Shown: in pieces, positions 29,203 to 37,118 of the stretch
How the letters are laid out: each line of letters begins with the position of its first letter
Position numbering within the stretch: position 1 is the first letter of the stretch
From: an uncultured Alphaproteobacteria bacterium
GTDB lineage: Bacteria > Pseudomonadota > Alphaproteobacteria > Rhizobiales > Xanthobacteraceae
Length of the DNA stretch: 64,000 bases
Assembly: GCA_963770385.1 (NCBI GenBank)
Contig: CAVYPJ010000001.1
Span: 1,168,750-1,232,749, forward strand
Direction of reading: 5' to 3'
Position numbers and translations under genes: made by a program
The notes under the pieces: generated by a model
What the model saw: the letters and a program-made list of their open reading frames with translations, nothing else
What the model was told of the DNA's origin: nothing
The model's database searches: none

Positions 29203-29628
29203 CTAAAAATCCGGTCGACTGTTTTGCGGCGGATCGACAAGGAATGCGTCGTCAACGGCCACGCCCAGTGCAGTGACGAGCCGATTTGTCTCCGCGGCCA
29301 TGCCGACGGTGGCGATCATCTCGGCATATTCCTCTTCGGTCATGCCCTTCGCGCGTGCGTTGGCTGTGTGCGAATGAATGCAATAGGTGCAGCCATGGGC
29401 AATCGAAACTGCGACGTAGAGCATTTCCTTGACCTTGGGCTCAAGCGCGCCCGGCGCCATCACCTGCTTGACACTCTCCCAGGTCCGGCGAAGGGTCTTC
29501 GGGTCGTGCGCGAGCGCTCGCCAGAAGTTGTTGACGAAATCGGACTGCCGTGTCCTGCGAATGTCGTCGAAGACGGCGCGCGCCTCGGGCGAGAGTTCAT
29601 CGTCGGAAAGCAGCTTCACTGTCGCCAT
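29203..29628 (-). CDS. Carboxymuconolactone decarboxylase / AhpD-like protein
   Basis: KEMLYVAVSIAHGCTYCIHSH (CxxCxxxH). Confidence 0.88.
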   Translation of the reverse strand: MATVKLLSDDELSPEARAVFDDIRRTRQSDFVNNFWRALAHDPKTLRRTWESVKQVMAPGALEPKVKEMLYVAVSIAHGCTYCIHSHTANARAKGMTEEEYAEMIATVGMAAETNRLVTALGVAVDDAFLVDPPQNSRPDF

Positions 29629-30090
29629 GGCTTATCTCGCTGGTTTGTTACAACGCGCCGGCAGCGGTTGCATTTTGCCTCACGCCGATCAAGTCCCCGT
29701 TGATGGCCTTGCCGATCTTCGGATCGCCTTGCAGTTCGCGAGGCGCCGGTCGCGCTGGGCCGCGGGTCCAAATGATGGCATTCCGTGCCTCGCTGTCAGC
29801 CGATCGGCCTCGCGGATCTTTCCGCCGCGGCGCTGCGGATCAGGACAGACCGTTCGAAGTGGCGTCGCTAAGGCCATGCGTCCGTCGAATTCCTCCTTTG
29901 CCCGCGTCTTGCGGTCGCTTCTGGACAAAAGGCATCTGGACGATGCGCGGGGGACACTGCGCGCTCTATGGCATACGAACACGACGTGAACAAACAGACC
30001 TTCGGCGCGTCTAACAAACCGTCCAACACGAATTTGAACGCTTACGTAAGTGATTAATCAGGTTCATAAAATTTGAGGGAATTTGCGCGC

Positions 30091-30165
30091 TGGCGCTCCC
30101 TAGCGGAATCGAACCGCTCTCTCCACCGTGAAAGGGTGGCGTCCTAACCGATAGACGAAGGGAGC
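30091..30165 (-). tRNA. tRNA-Glu (anticodon TTC)
   Basis: GCTCCCT acceptor stem, CCACC-CTTTCAC-GGTGG anticodon arm, GGTTCGATTCC T-loop, encoded CCA. Confidence 0.97.
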
Positions 30166-30467
30166 AAAACACGCTTTGCCACGAAAACGCGATCCGTGGC
30201 TTTGCGGTCCCGCAACGTTACTACCAAAAAACGTCAGAAAATCAATGCCTTGAAGTCTGGCTTTGAAGCATTTCCTGCCGTGCCGCGCCGGAATCGTCGT
30301 GATCTATCCGGCCTGCGGCGGGGCGAACGTATAGTGGCGTTTGCGCGGGCGGGCAAGCCGCGGCGTAGGTAGTTTTCCTGAGGCGCAGGGGCCGGATTCT
30401 ACAAACCGATCAACCGAATCTAAACGCGCTGAGGGCGATAGGGATAAGGGCTCAGGATTGGGAAGAG

Positions 30468-30722
30468 ATGGCACCGATCAAAAAGCGGGAACCCCGGAAG
30501 CAGTTGGGGAAGCCGGCATGGATTACGCTCGAAGGCGGCTTCGCGGCTCGCCAGTGCGTCGTCCAGGATATTTCCTCCACGGGTGCCAAGATCGTGATCG
30601 ACGGCGCGCACACCTTGCCCGCCACATTGCGGTTGGGGTTCGCGCGCGACGCGCGCACCGGTCACAATTGTCAGGTGGTCTGGCGCCGCGGCAATCGGGC
30701 CGGCGTCAAGTTTGTCAGGTAG
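30468..30722 (+). CDS. Stand-alone PilZ domain protein
   Basis: KREPR (RxxxR-like) and DISSTG (DxSxxG) motifs; GVKF terminus. Confidence 0.88.
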   Translation: MAPIKKREPRKQLGKPAWITLEGGFAARQCVVQDISSTGAKIVIDGAHTLPATLRLGFARDARTGHNCQVVWRRGNRAGVKFVR

Positions 30723-30756
30723 CGCAGTCGCGCCGCGCGCGATAGAAGACGGCGTC

Positions 30757-31008
30757 ATGCGAAGCTGTCTCCTCATTATCGCCGTCTCGTTGGTCGGATT
30801 GCCGGCAATGGCTGAATCGTCGAGCCCGCCGAAGCTCCCCAAGCCCACGCAGTCGAGCAAGACGTTGCCGATGAAGGGCGCGCCGTCCGCCAATTCCTGC
30901 GCGGCCTATGGCCAGGGCTTCGTCAAGCTCGATGGCACTGATACCTGCGTGCAGATCGGCGGATCGATCAGTATCGGTACCGGCGGCGCGATCGGCGGTC
31001 GACACTAG
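30757..31008 (+). CDS. Small secreted protein containing the alphaproteobacterial porin N-terminal motif
   Basis: Signal peptide; CAAYGQGFVKLDGTDTCVQIGG. Confidence 0.7.
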   Translation: MRSCLLIIAVSLVGLPAMAESSSPPKLPKPTQSSKTLPMKGAPSANSCAAYGQGFVKLDGTDTCVQIGGSISIGTGGAIGGRH

Positions 31009-31024
31009 TCGACCGAATGATTTC

Positions 31025-31666
31025 CTAAGACATTGGCACGGCAATGAACCGGTCGAATCCCGGCCGGCCCGCAAGTTGCGCGAACCAGCGGTTGAGATGC
31101 GGCAGGCTGGGCTTGGTGACGCCTTCGATGCCGAGCCAGCGCCGCGCAAATGCGCCGATCGCGATATCGGCAAGCGTGAAATCGTCGCCCTCGAAGAAGC
31201 GGTTCGTGGAAAGATGCCGGTTAGCGATCTGCCAGACCAGCGCCTCCGCATCGACGTCTTTTTGAATGGCAAACATGTCGCGCTGTTCGGGTGGCGTGCG
31301 GATCATGGCCCAGAACACCGGACGGTCGACCGGCTGCACGGTAGACAGTGTCCAGTCGAGCCAGCGATCGACCGCGGCGCGCCGCCGGGGCGTCTCGGGA
31401 TAGATCGGCGATCCCTTGCCATGGGCCATGCCGAGATAGCGCATGATCGAATTGGATTCCCAGAGCACGAAGTCGCCCTCGACCAGCGTCGGCACGCGGC
31501 CATTGGGATTCATCGCCAGATAGTCGCCTTCGGTGTTGCGGCCGAATTGCATGCCGGCATCGATGCGATGATAGGCGACGTCAAGCTCGGTCAGGCACCA
31601 CAGCACTTTCTGGACATTGACCGAATTTGCTCGGCCCCAGATCGTCAGTTCACTCTTATTCGACAC
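31025..31666 (-). CDS. Glutathione S-transferase family protein
   Basis: WGRANSVNVQKVLW, MNPNGRVP, LWESNSIMRYL, FTLADI. Confidence 0.93.
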   Translation of the reverse strand: MSNKSELTIWGRANSVNVQKVLWCLTELDVAYHRIDAGMQFGRNTEGDYLAMNPNGRVPTLVEGDFVLWESNSIMRYLGMAHGKGSPIYPETPRRRAAVDRWLDWTLSTVQPVDRPVFWAMIRTPPEQRDMFAIQKDVDAEALVWQIANRHLSTNRFFEGDDFTLADIAIGAFARRWLGIEGVTKPSLPHLNRWFAQLAGRPGFDRFIAVPMS

Positions 31667-31722
31667 GCGCTGCTCCCGATCGCTTGCACCGGCTCTGTCT
31701 AATCCGGCCGCCGACGAAACGC

Positions 31723-31753
31723 AAAAAAGGCCCCGCGCGAGGCGGAGCCTTTT
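31723..31753. terminator. Bidirectional terminator-like hairpin
   Basis: AAAAAAGGCCCCGC...GCGGAGCCTTTT. Confidence 0.6.
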
Positions 31754-31775
31754 GTGCCAGCCAGGATCTGTGCGC

Positions 31776-31856
31776 TCAGCGGCCGAAAAACAGCCACAGC
31801 AGTATGATCACCGGGATCGGCACGCCAAGTAACCAGAGCAGAAGTCCTCTTCCCAT
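31776..31856 (-). CDS. 26-aa membrane peptide MGRGLLLWLLGVPIPVIILLWLFFGR
   Basis: GAGGAGG RBS region, hydrophobic helix, perfect EcfG-type promoter upstream and a terminator downstream. Confidence 0.75.
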   Translation of the reverse strand: MGRGLLLWLLGVPIPVIILLWLFFGR

Positions 31857-31890
31857 CCTCAAGCCTCCTCGATTTCTCTTTCGCGGAGAC

Positions 31891-31915
31891 AACGCCGGAG
31901 GCGAGGGCAGGTTCC
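31891..31915 (-). promoter_or_regulatory. Sigma-EcfG (general stress) type promoter GGAAC-N16-CGTT
   Basis: Exact consensus match on the minus strand upstream of the 26-aa ORF. Confidence 0.7.
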
Positions 31916-31989
31916 TGAGTTCGGAGCCGCCCTTACCACAAGGCAAGAGGCGAGGTAGTGGACCCGGCACGAAGAATTCGGACGACGTG

Positions 31990-32442
31990 TTACCAGTGGC
32001 CGGTGTTCGGCATCGACGACCAGGGTTCGGCCGGCGGCTTCGGCTCGCCCTTCTGCAACAACTCGATCGAATGCAGGTCGGGCGAACGCACGAAGGCCAT
32101 GCTGCCGTCGCGCGGCGGACGGTTGATGGTAACGCCGAGCTTCATCAGCCGGTCGCACGTTGCGTAGATGTCGTCGACTTCATAGGCGAGGTGGCCGAAA
32201 TGGCGATCTTCACCATATTTTTCCTCGTCCCAATTGTAGGTGAGCTCGACCAGCGGCGCGCCGCGCGTCTGCGGAAGGCTCTTGAGCAGGTGCTCGTCCT
32301 CGGGCGCACACAGAAACACCAGCGTGAAGCGCCCCTTGTCGTTCTCGATGCGGCGGACTTCCTTCAGCCCCAGCGCATCCTGATAGAACTTCAGCGCGGT
32401 ATCGAGATTGCGCACGCGCAGCATGGTGTGGAGATAACGCAT
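31990..32442 (-). CDS. gloA: Lactoylglutathione lyase (glyoxalase I, VOC family)
   Basis: MRYLHTMLRV, FTLVFL, VELTYNW, FGHLAYEVDD, FVRSPD..IEL. Confidence 0.9.
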   Translation of the reverse strand: MRYLHTMLRVRNLDTALKFYQDALGLKEVRRIENDKGRFTLVFLCAPEDEHLLKSLPQTRGAPLVELTYNWDEEKYGEDRHFGHLAYEVDDIYATCDRLMKLGVTINRPPRDGSMAFVRSPDLHSIELLQKGEPKPPAEPWSSMPNTGHW

Positions 32443-32786
32443 GTGTCTTGCTCCCTTGAGAACTCTGGAGATTGCGGTTCGGATTTGGCGATGGGCCACA
32501 CTCAATAGCAGCAAATGCAGGGAGAGGGCAGGGGTTTGCGTGCCGGCTATTGCCACGGAGATGTTGCGGCGACGTCGTTTTACGTGGGGGCTCCAAAACG
32601 ATAGAAGCGGCTATCCGGCGAAACCAAAAGGATTGAAGCCCTTCGTCTCATTTGAACGCAAAAGCGATCCACGGCTCCGTCCAATGACGCCGAACTATTG
32701 CATAAGGAGAAAACTTAGGCTCGGTCAGGTTGGCGCAGCCCTTGGCGTTGGGCGCGCGGGATGAACTAAAAATCGCGTGAGCAACA

Positions 32787-32945
32787 GAAAACCCCGCGAG
32801 GGGGGAGTTCGCGGGGTTCTCTCGCCGAGGAAGATGGGGTCAACCGTCGGCACTACCAGCCTCCACCGGAAGGGGGCCGCTTCGATAATTCCCTTCAAGC
32901 GGATTAGTTCCTTGGCCCGCCCGGTCGCGGCTGGGATATCCACAG
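32787..32945 (-). ncRNA. Candidate structured sRNA
   Basis: Long CCAGCC...GGCTGG hairpin with an internal CCGCTT/AAGCGG stem; C-rich loops; ends in the AACCCCGCGA..TCGCGGGGTTTT terminator; no credible ORF. Confidence 0.4.
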
Positions 32946-33131
32946 GTGGTCGCTTTGCGCTTTTCGGCAGAGGACGGTGTCAGACCCGCGCAATATCGGC
33001 GGAAGCCGATCGTATGCAATTGAGCTGCAGACAGGGCGCAATAGCTGCCGCTGCGTTTGCCGCCTTCGCCTCCCGGAGGGAACGCGGTGTGTCGCCGAGC
33101 GCTAGCGTTGCGCCGCGAGTTGAGGAGGATG

Positions 33132-33371
33132 ATGGATATCTGCGAACGCATGGAGGTCGTCGATGCGAACGATCAGCATGTCGGCATTGTCGAGAAAGTC
33201 GAAGGCGACCGTATCAAGCTCGTCAAGAGCAATGCTCTCGATCCCCGGCATCCTTTCATCGAGAAGAGCCAGATAGCCGACCACAACAAGGTCGGGCTCT
33301 CGCAGAAAATCTCTGCGATCACGACCCGAGCCTTTGTCTCTCCGGAGCGGTTCGAAGAGATCGTCGCCTAA
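33132..33371 (+). CDS. DUF2171 family protein (possibly degenerate)
   Basis: GAGGAGG RBS; MEVVDANDQHVGIVEKVEGDRIKL. Confidence 0.7.
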   Translation: MDICERMEVVDANDQHVGIVEKVEGDRIKLVKSNALDPRHPFIEKSQIADHNKVGLSQKISAITTRAFVSPERFEEIVA

Positions 33372-33586
33372 AAGATAAAGTCATATCCTGGCAGGGGCGT
33401 GGCCGTTGAGGGGCCGAAAATCGGCAAAACGGGATGTCGTGGTACATATTGACCGGCTCACTGCGCCGGTAAGATTTCGTGAACCATCCTCACGCGAATC
33501 TTTTGAATCAATTGTCGTCAAGATTTGACTGAATCACCTGACGGTGCATGCTGCTCGGATGTTCAGGCATTGTCGACTGGCTCGGA

Positions 33587-33783
33587 TGAGCGATGGTCAC
33601 TTCTGTTTCGTGAAAGACTTGGGCCCGGTTAAGGGCGGCAAGGGCATGAAACATCACGAGGTCATTGTGGACCTCACGATTCGTGGTGTCTTCAAGCTGC
33701 TCAAGGCGGTGTTCGTCCGGCCTCCATCGTCCGAGCTCCACGAGACGCCCCGCTTTAGCCTCGGTACGCGCGAGCCGAACTGA
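33587..33783 (+). CDS. Small hypothetical protein (MSDGHFCFVKDLGPVKGGKG...)
   Basis: Protein-like composition; no family recognised. Confidence 0.45.
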
Positions 33784-34073
33784 CGCGATCGGGAAGGCAC
33801 GATCAAGCATAGTGAGATTCGTAGGGCCGGCGAATCGTACGGCGATGTTTCCACTATCCCGAATCGCCGGACGCAGTTGGGCTTTTTGAGGCACTGCAAC
33901 CCCCGGTCGGTCGAAAGCGACGGTAAGTCGCGCGATTCGAGTAACATTGGCCGAAACCTGTGCCTCGCAAAGCACAGCCGGTAGGTGATATTCAACCGAT
34001 TGTGACCGAGTAATTGCAAGTTCGGCAACGAATCAACTACGCCGCTAGTGGGGCTGGGGAAGCGGAGGGTAAA

Positions 34074-34172
34074 ATGAGGGTCGCTTCCCTGGAGAACTTG
34101 TTAGTGCTGGCCACACTGGTGTCGGCCATCGTTGTCGTACTGTGGGGGATCAAAATCTATTGCGGCGTATGA
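34074..34172 (+). CDS. 32-aa single-TM peptide MRVASLENLLVLATLVSAIVVVLWGIKIYCGV
   Basis: Read manually; GGAGGG RBS just upstream; clean TM helix. Confidence 0.5.
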   Translation: MRVASLENLLVLATLVSAIVVVLWGIKIYCGV

Positions 34173-34760
34173 ACCGATAGCGGCTCGCGTTCATACGACA
34201 TGGCCTCCGGTCGGGGTACGGAGGTTCGCAAGCGGACAAACAAAACCAAATCCAACCAAAACCAAGCGAACAGTCTTGATGGCGAGCATGGCGCCGGCGC
34301 ATTCATGCGATTGATCGTGGAGTCACCGCGGCCGAATAGATGCGTGCGCATTCGTCCGCGATGAAGTCGTCATCTCTGGAGACAGGCCGCGCGGATGCGC
34401 GAAAGCGCACAGGATGTTCTGCTTTCAGCAAGGCGGGAATATCGGCCGCGGAATTGCCAATTCATCATCACATCTCGTGTGCGGAGCGAATGACGTTCCT
34501 CGCATCGGGAACAATTTGTCTCGGCAATGTGTACGAGACCGTCCGAGCCGCGTCTTGAAATGTTCAAAGTCTCGCCGGTCAACGCGTGAAGCGTGTCGAA
34601 AAGAAAATCTGACAAATGTTATTGACGCAGACTCCGACGCAGATCAGAAGAGAGACTCAGCAAAGCGTCCTCCTCCTCCTCCAGTAACTCATGAGTTTGG
34701 TATCGGTCCCCGCGTCGTTGCGCGATGGCCGCAGGAAAACTTTTGGGCAACATCTTGGCA

Positions 34761-34856
34761 ATGCATTTTGGCTTTTATCTGATGATCGCAGCGCTCGTCA
34801 TTATGGGCGCTGAGGTGGTTTACGCGCTCTATCAGTTGGCCAATTTCTTCCTTTGA
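34761..34856 (+). CDS. 31-aa hydrophobic peptide MHFGFYLMIAALVIMGAEVVYALYQLANFFL
   Basis: Read manually; TM-like helix; RBS weak. Confidence 0.4.
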   Translation: MHFGFYLMIAALVIMGAEVVYALYQLANFFL

Positions 34857-34884
34857 ACCGGCGCTGACACCCACACGCTTGCGC

Positions 34885-35000
34885 AGGCAAAAAAGGAAAA
34901 CCCCGCGAAGCGTTTCGCGGGGTTTTTCAGCCGGCGGCGTGAGGGGATTTAAGGGCACCTGAGCCGCCAGCGTCTGTAAACTACAGGTTGAACCCGGAAA
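34885..35000 (-). ncRNA. Candidate sRNA with a C-rich loop and terminator
   Basis: GGCGGC...GCCGCC stem enclosing GCCCTTAAATCCCCTC, then AAAACCCCGCGA..TCGCGGGGTTTT-CCTTTTTT. Confidence 0.45.
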
Positions 35001-35341
35001 AAGCAACAGCGCCACCTCGGCGGAATATGTTCGCGAGGCAGCGCTGCGCTAATTACTGGGCCCTTAAATCCCCAGCCTCAATAGGTCGACGCTGAGGTGA
35101 AAAGGTTCAAGGCGGCTGGGAGGAAAATTCGGCCTCTCGGCCTCTTCGAAGGGTGGTCATTCCATGTGGACGAGCGTGGGCGTCGGCTGGCGTCCGTCAT
35201 GATCGACAGTGATTTTAGTAAATTCGACGGCGCTTTCACCGCATCCTATAATCCTGTTTGCTTACGTTAAAACGGGATCTGCGTTGCCTGGAACTCAGGG
35301 TGCGTTAGGGCTCAGGACGAGAGAGTCCTGGTGTCCCTGTC

Positions 35342-35629
35342 ATGGTTCCTTCGTTTCACACGGCCGACCGCCAAACCTTCCGACGCGTTGTGATCGTGGG
35401 GCTGATGTTTTGCGCGGCCTTCGTGGCCGTCAGCTTCTTTCTGCGGCCGCAGCCCGTGGAGAGCCGCGCCCTCGTGAAAGCCGACCGGCTGATCCGCACC
35501 GCAGGGACGGCGAAATCGGCCAATTGGAGCCTTTCGAGCGAAGTGGGGACCGGTTCGCGCCAAGACGACGCGTCAGAAAAAGAGATCAGAGCCTCCGTTC
35601 CGATTCAATCGGAGCGGAAAAGGCTCTGA
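35342..35629 (+). CDS. Small membrane hypothetical protein
   Basis: GGAG-containing RBS region; TM segment VVIVGLMFCAAFVAVSFFL. Confidence 0.55.
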   Translation: MVPSFHTADRQTFRRVVIVGLMFCAAFVAVSFFLRPQPVESRALVKADRLIRTAGTAKSANWSLSSEVGTGSRQDDASEKEIRASVPIQSERKRL

Positions 35630-35715
35630 GGCCAAATGGGGCATTGGCAGCGCTTCCCGCGGCTCCGCGGCCGGGTATAATCCCGCAGAAGACGAAGGGG
35701 GCGTCGGCATCCTTC

Positions 35716-36066
35716 ATGAGAAACGGGCTCTATTCCATCCACATTCACATGCTCGACGGTGTCAGGGGCCGCGATAGTGGCGTGATCGTTTTACGCGACG
35801 GGCAACTAATCAGCGGCGGCCCGTATTTTTGGTCGATCGGATCTTACACCGTGGGCAATGGGACTTGGAAAGGGCAGCTTGCCACTAACCAGCATACCGA
35901 TTTCCCGGATCCTCTGGTCCGTCCACTGTTCGGCAAGCAGGAAGTGACGAGCGGATTTTCGGGCACGTTTACCGACGACGAGTCCGAGGTGTTTGGTACG
36001 ACGCTTGTCGGCGGCAACCGCAGCCTGAGTTTTCGAGCGACCCTGAAGAGGCTGGCGGACCTCTGA
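35716..36066 (+). CDS. GrlR-like beta-barrel protein
   Basis: MRNGLYSIHI..G..SGVIVLRDGQLISG resembles GrlR family N-termini; GAAGGGG RBS; the upstream part of the 35209 ORF is probably non-coding. Confidence 0.6.
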   Translation: MRNGLYSIHIHMLDGVRGRDSGVIVLRDGQLISGGPYFWSIGSYTVGNGTWKGQLATNQHTDFPDPLVRPLFGKQEVTSGFSGTFTDDESEVFGTTLVGGNRSLSFRATLKRLADL

Positions 36067-36104
36067 GCGGCAGACATGCCCCGTGAAGCGCACCGCTGTG
36101 GGCG

Positions 36105-36172
36105 AAAACAAAACCCCCGCCGGCGTCCGAAGATACCGACGAGGGTTTCATGCTCTTGCCTCTCCAACGGAG
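36105..36172 (-). ncRNA. Candidate roughly 70-nt EcfG-dependent sRNA
   Basis: Lies between a perfect GGAAC-N16-CGTT promoter and a cUUCGg-capped terminator with a T run. Confidence 0.55.
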
Positions 36173-36176
36173 GCGT

Positions 36177-36201
36177 AACGTTGGCCTCACATCTTCGTTC
36201 C
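36177..36201 (-). promoter_or_regulatory. Sigma-EcfG type promoter GGAAC-N16-CGTT
   Basis: Exact consensus match on the minus strand. Confidence 0.65.
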
Positions 36202-36276
36202 GGCGGTTCGCGAATTTTTTCGGCTGATTGAAATCGGTTCCCCTTCGGGGACGCCGGACGGACGGCGGTTCCGCGC

Positions 36277-36301
36277 GCAACCATCGACGGCGTGCCGCGT
36301 T
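36277..36301 (+). promoter_or_regulatory. EcfG-like promoter variant GCAAC-N16-CGTT
   Basis: One mismatch; 34 nt upstream of the Gly/Tyr-rich gene. Confidence 0.45.
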
Positions 36302-36335
36302 ATTCCAGCAGCCTGAGTGAAGGAGGAGTTTGCGC

Positions 36336-36611
36336 ATGAAGAAGACTTTAGCAGTTCTGGGCACGGTCGCGGCGCTTGCAGCGACAACCGCTGCTGCGCC
36401 GGCACAGGCGCGCGGCATTGGACCGGGCCTCGCATTCGGTCTCGCCGCCGGCGCGTTGACCGCCGGCGCGATCGCCGCCAGCCACCCCTATTACGGGCCG
36501 GGCTACGGATATTACGGATACGGACCGCGATATTACGATGGCGGCCCGGGCTACGCCTATTACGGCGGCGGTCCGTACTATCGGCACCACTACTATCGCC
36601 ATTACTGGTGA
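36336..36611 (+). CDS. Small secreted Gly/Tyr-rich protein
   Basis: AGGAGG RBS, signal peptide, GPGYGYYGYG repeats. Confidence 0.8.
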   Translation: MKKTLAVLGTVAALAATTAAAPAQARGIGPGLAFGLAAGALTAGAIAASHPYYGPGYGYYGYGPRYYDGGPGYAYYGGGPYYRHHYYRHYW

Positions 36612-36635
36612 GGCAAAGACTTTCACCGGATGAGC

Positions 36636-36666
36636 AAAAGCCCGGAGCGCAAGCTCCGGGCTTTTT
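36636..36666. terminator. Bidirectional terminator between convergent small genes
   Basis: AAAAGCCCGGAGC-GCAA-GCTCCGGGCTTTTT. Confidence 0.85.
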
Positions 36667-36695
36667 GTTGGACACTCGTGTTTCGCCGCGAGGTT

Positions 36696-36866
36696 TTAAG
36701 ACCAGACCGATCGTGGTTGCGCCTGACCGACATTTCGCCAGGTGCGCCGGAAAAACTCGTCGCGCTCGCGCTGGAATTTTTCCTGCGTGGCTTTGAAACT
36801 TGCAACGCGCGCGGCGATTTCTTCGCGCTCCTTTGCAAGGCGTTCCTGTCGTTCCGTCAGGGCCAT
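36696..36866 (-). CDS. Small helical hypothetical protein (MALTERQERLAKEREEI...)
   Basis: GGAGG RBS; coiled-coil-like EREEIAARVASFKATQEKFQRER. Confidence 0.7.
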   Translation of the reverse strand: MALTERQERLAKEREEIAARVASFKATQEKFQRERDEFFRRTWRNVGQAQPRSVWS

Positions 36867-37118
36867 AACTAGCCTCCATTTGATTCGCGTCCCGCCTGCA
36901 TATGAGGTTCGCGATTGAGGCACGATTTAGGAGAACGCCGCGCGAGGTTGTCGATTTGCCGCCGACAGCCGAGCAGGGCGAAAACTCCAAGGAGATTTCC
37001 CAGGCTGCCTGAGCGCCGACCAGGAACCCTCGATCTTTGCGGTTTCCGTGTCATCCGGACGAAATCCCGACTGGCCGTGCTATAGTCCCGCGGCCATTTT
37101 TGTTTTGGATCGTCGTTC

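Noticed and set aside
33079-33103. EcfG promoter for the DUF2171 gene (GGAAC-N16-CGCT), and a GAACCATCCTCACG match at about 33480
   Set aside because: The -10 elements deviate from consensus; plausible but not supportable without TSS data.
35209-35715. N-terminal extension making a 285-aa fusion with the GrlR-like domain
   Set aside because: It overlaps a better-supported ORF in another frame (35342-35629), and an RBS precedes the ATG at 35716.
36480-36611. CRISPR-like or regulatory short repeats (also 61760-61815 and 62100-62210)
   Set aside because: These are coding low-complexity repeats (Gly/Tyr, Lys/Ala/Ser, Gly/Cys/Arg) without unique spacers; no cas genes are in the window.
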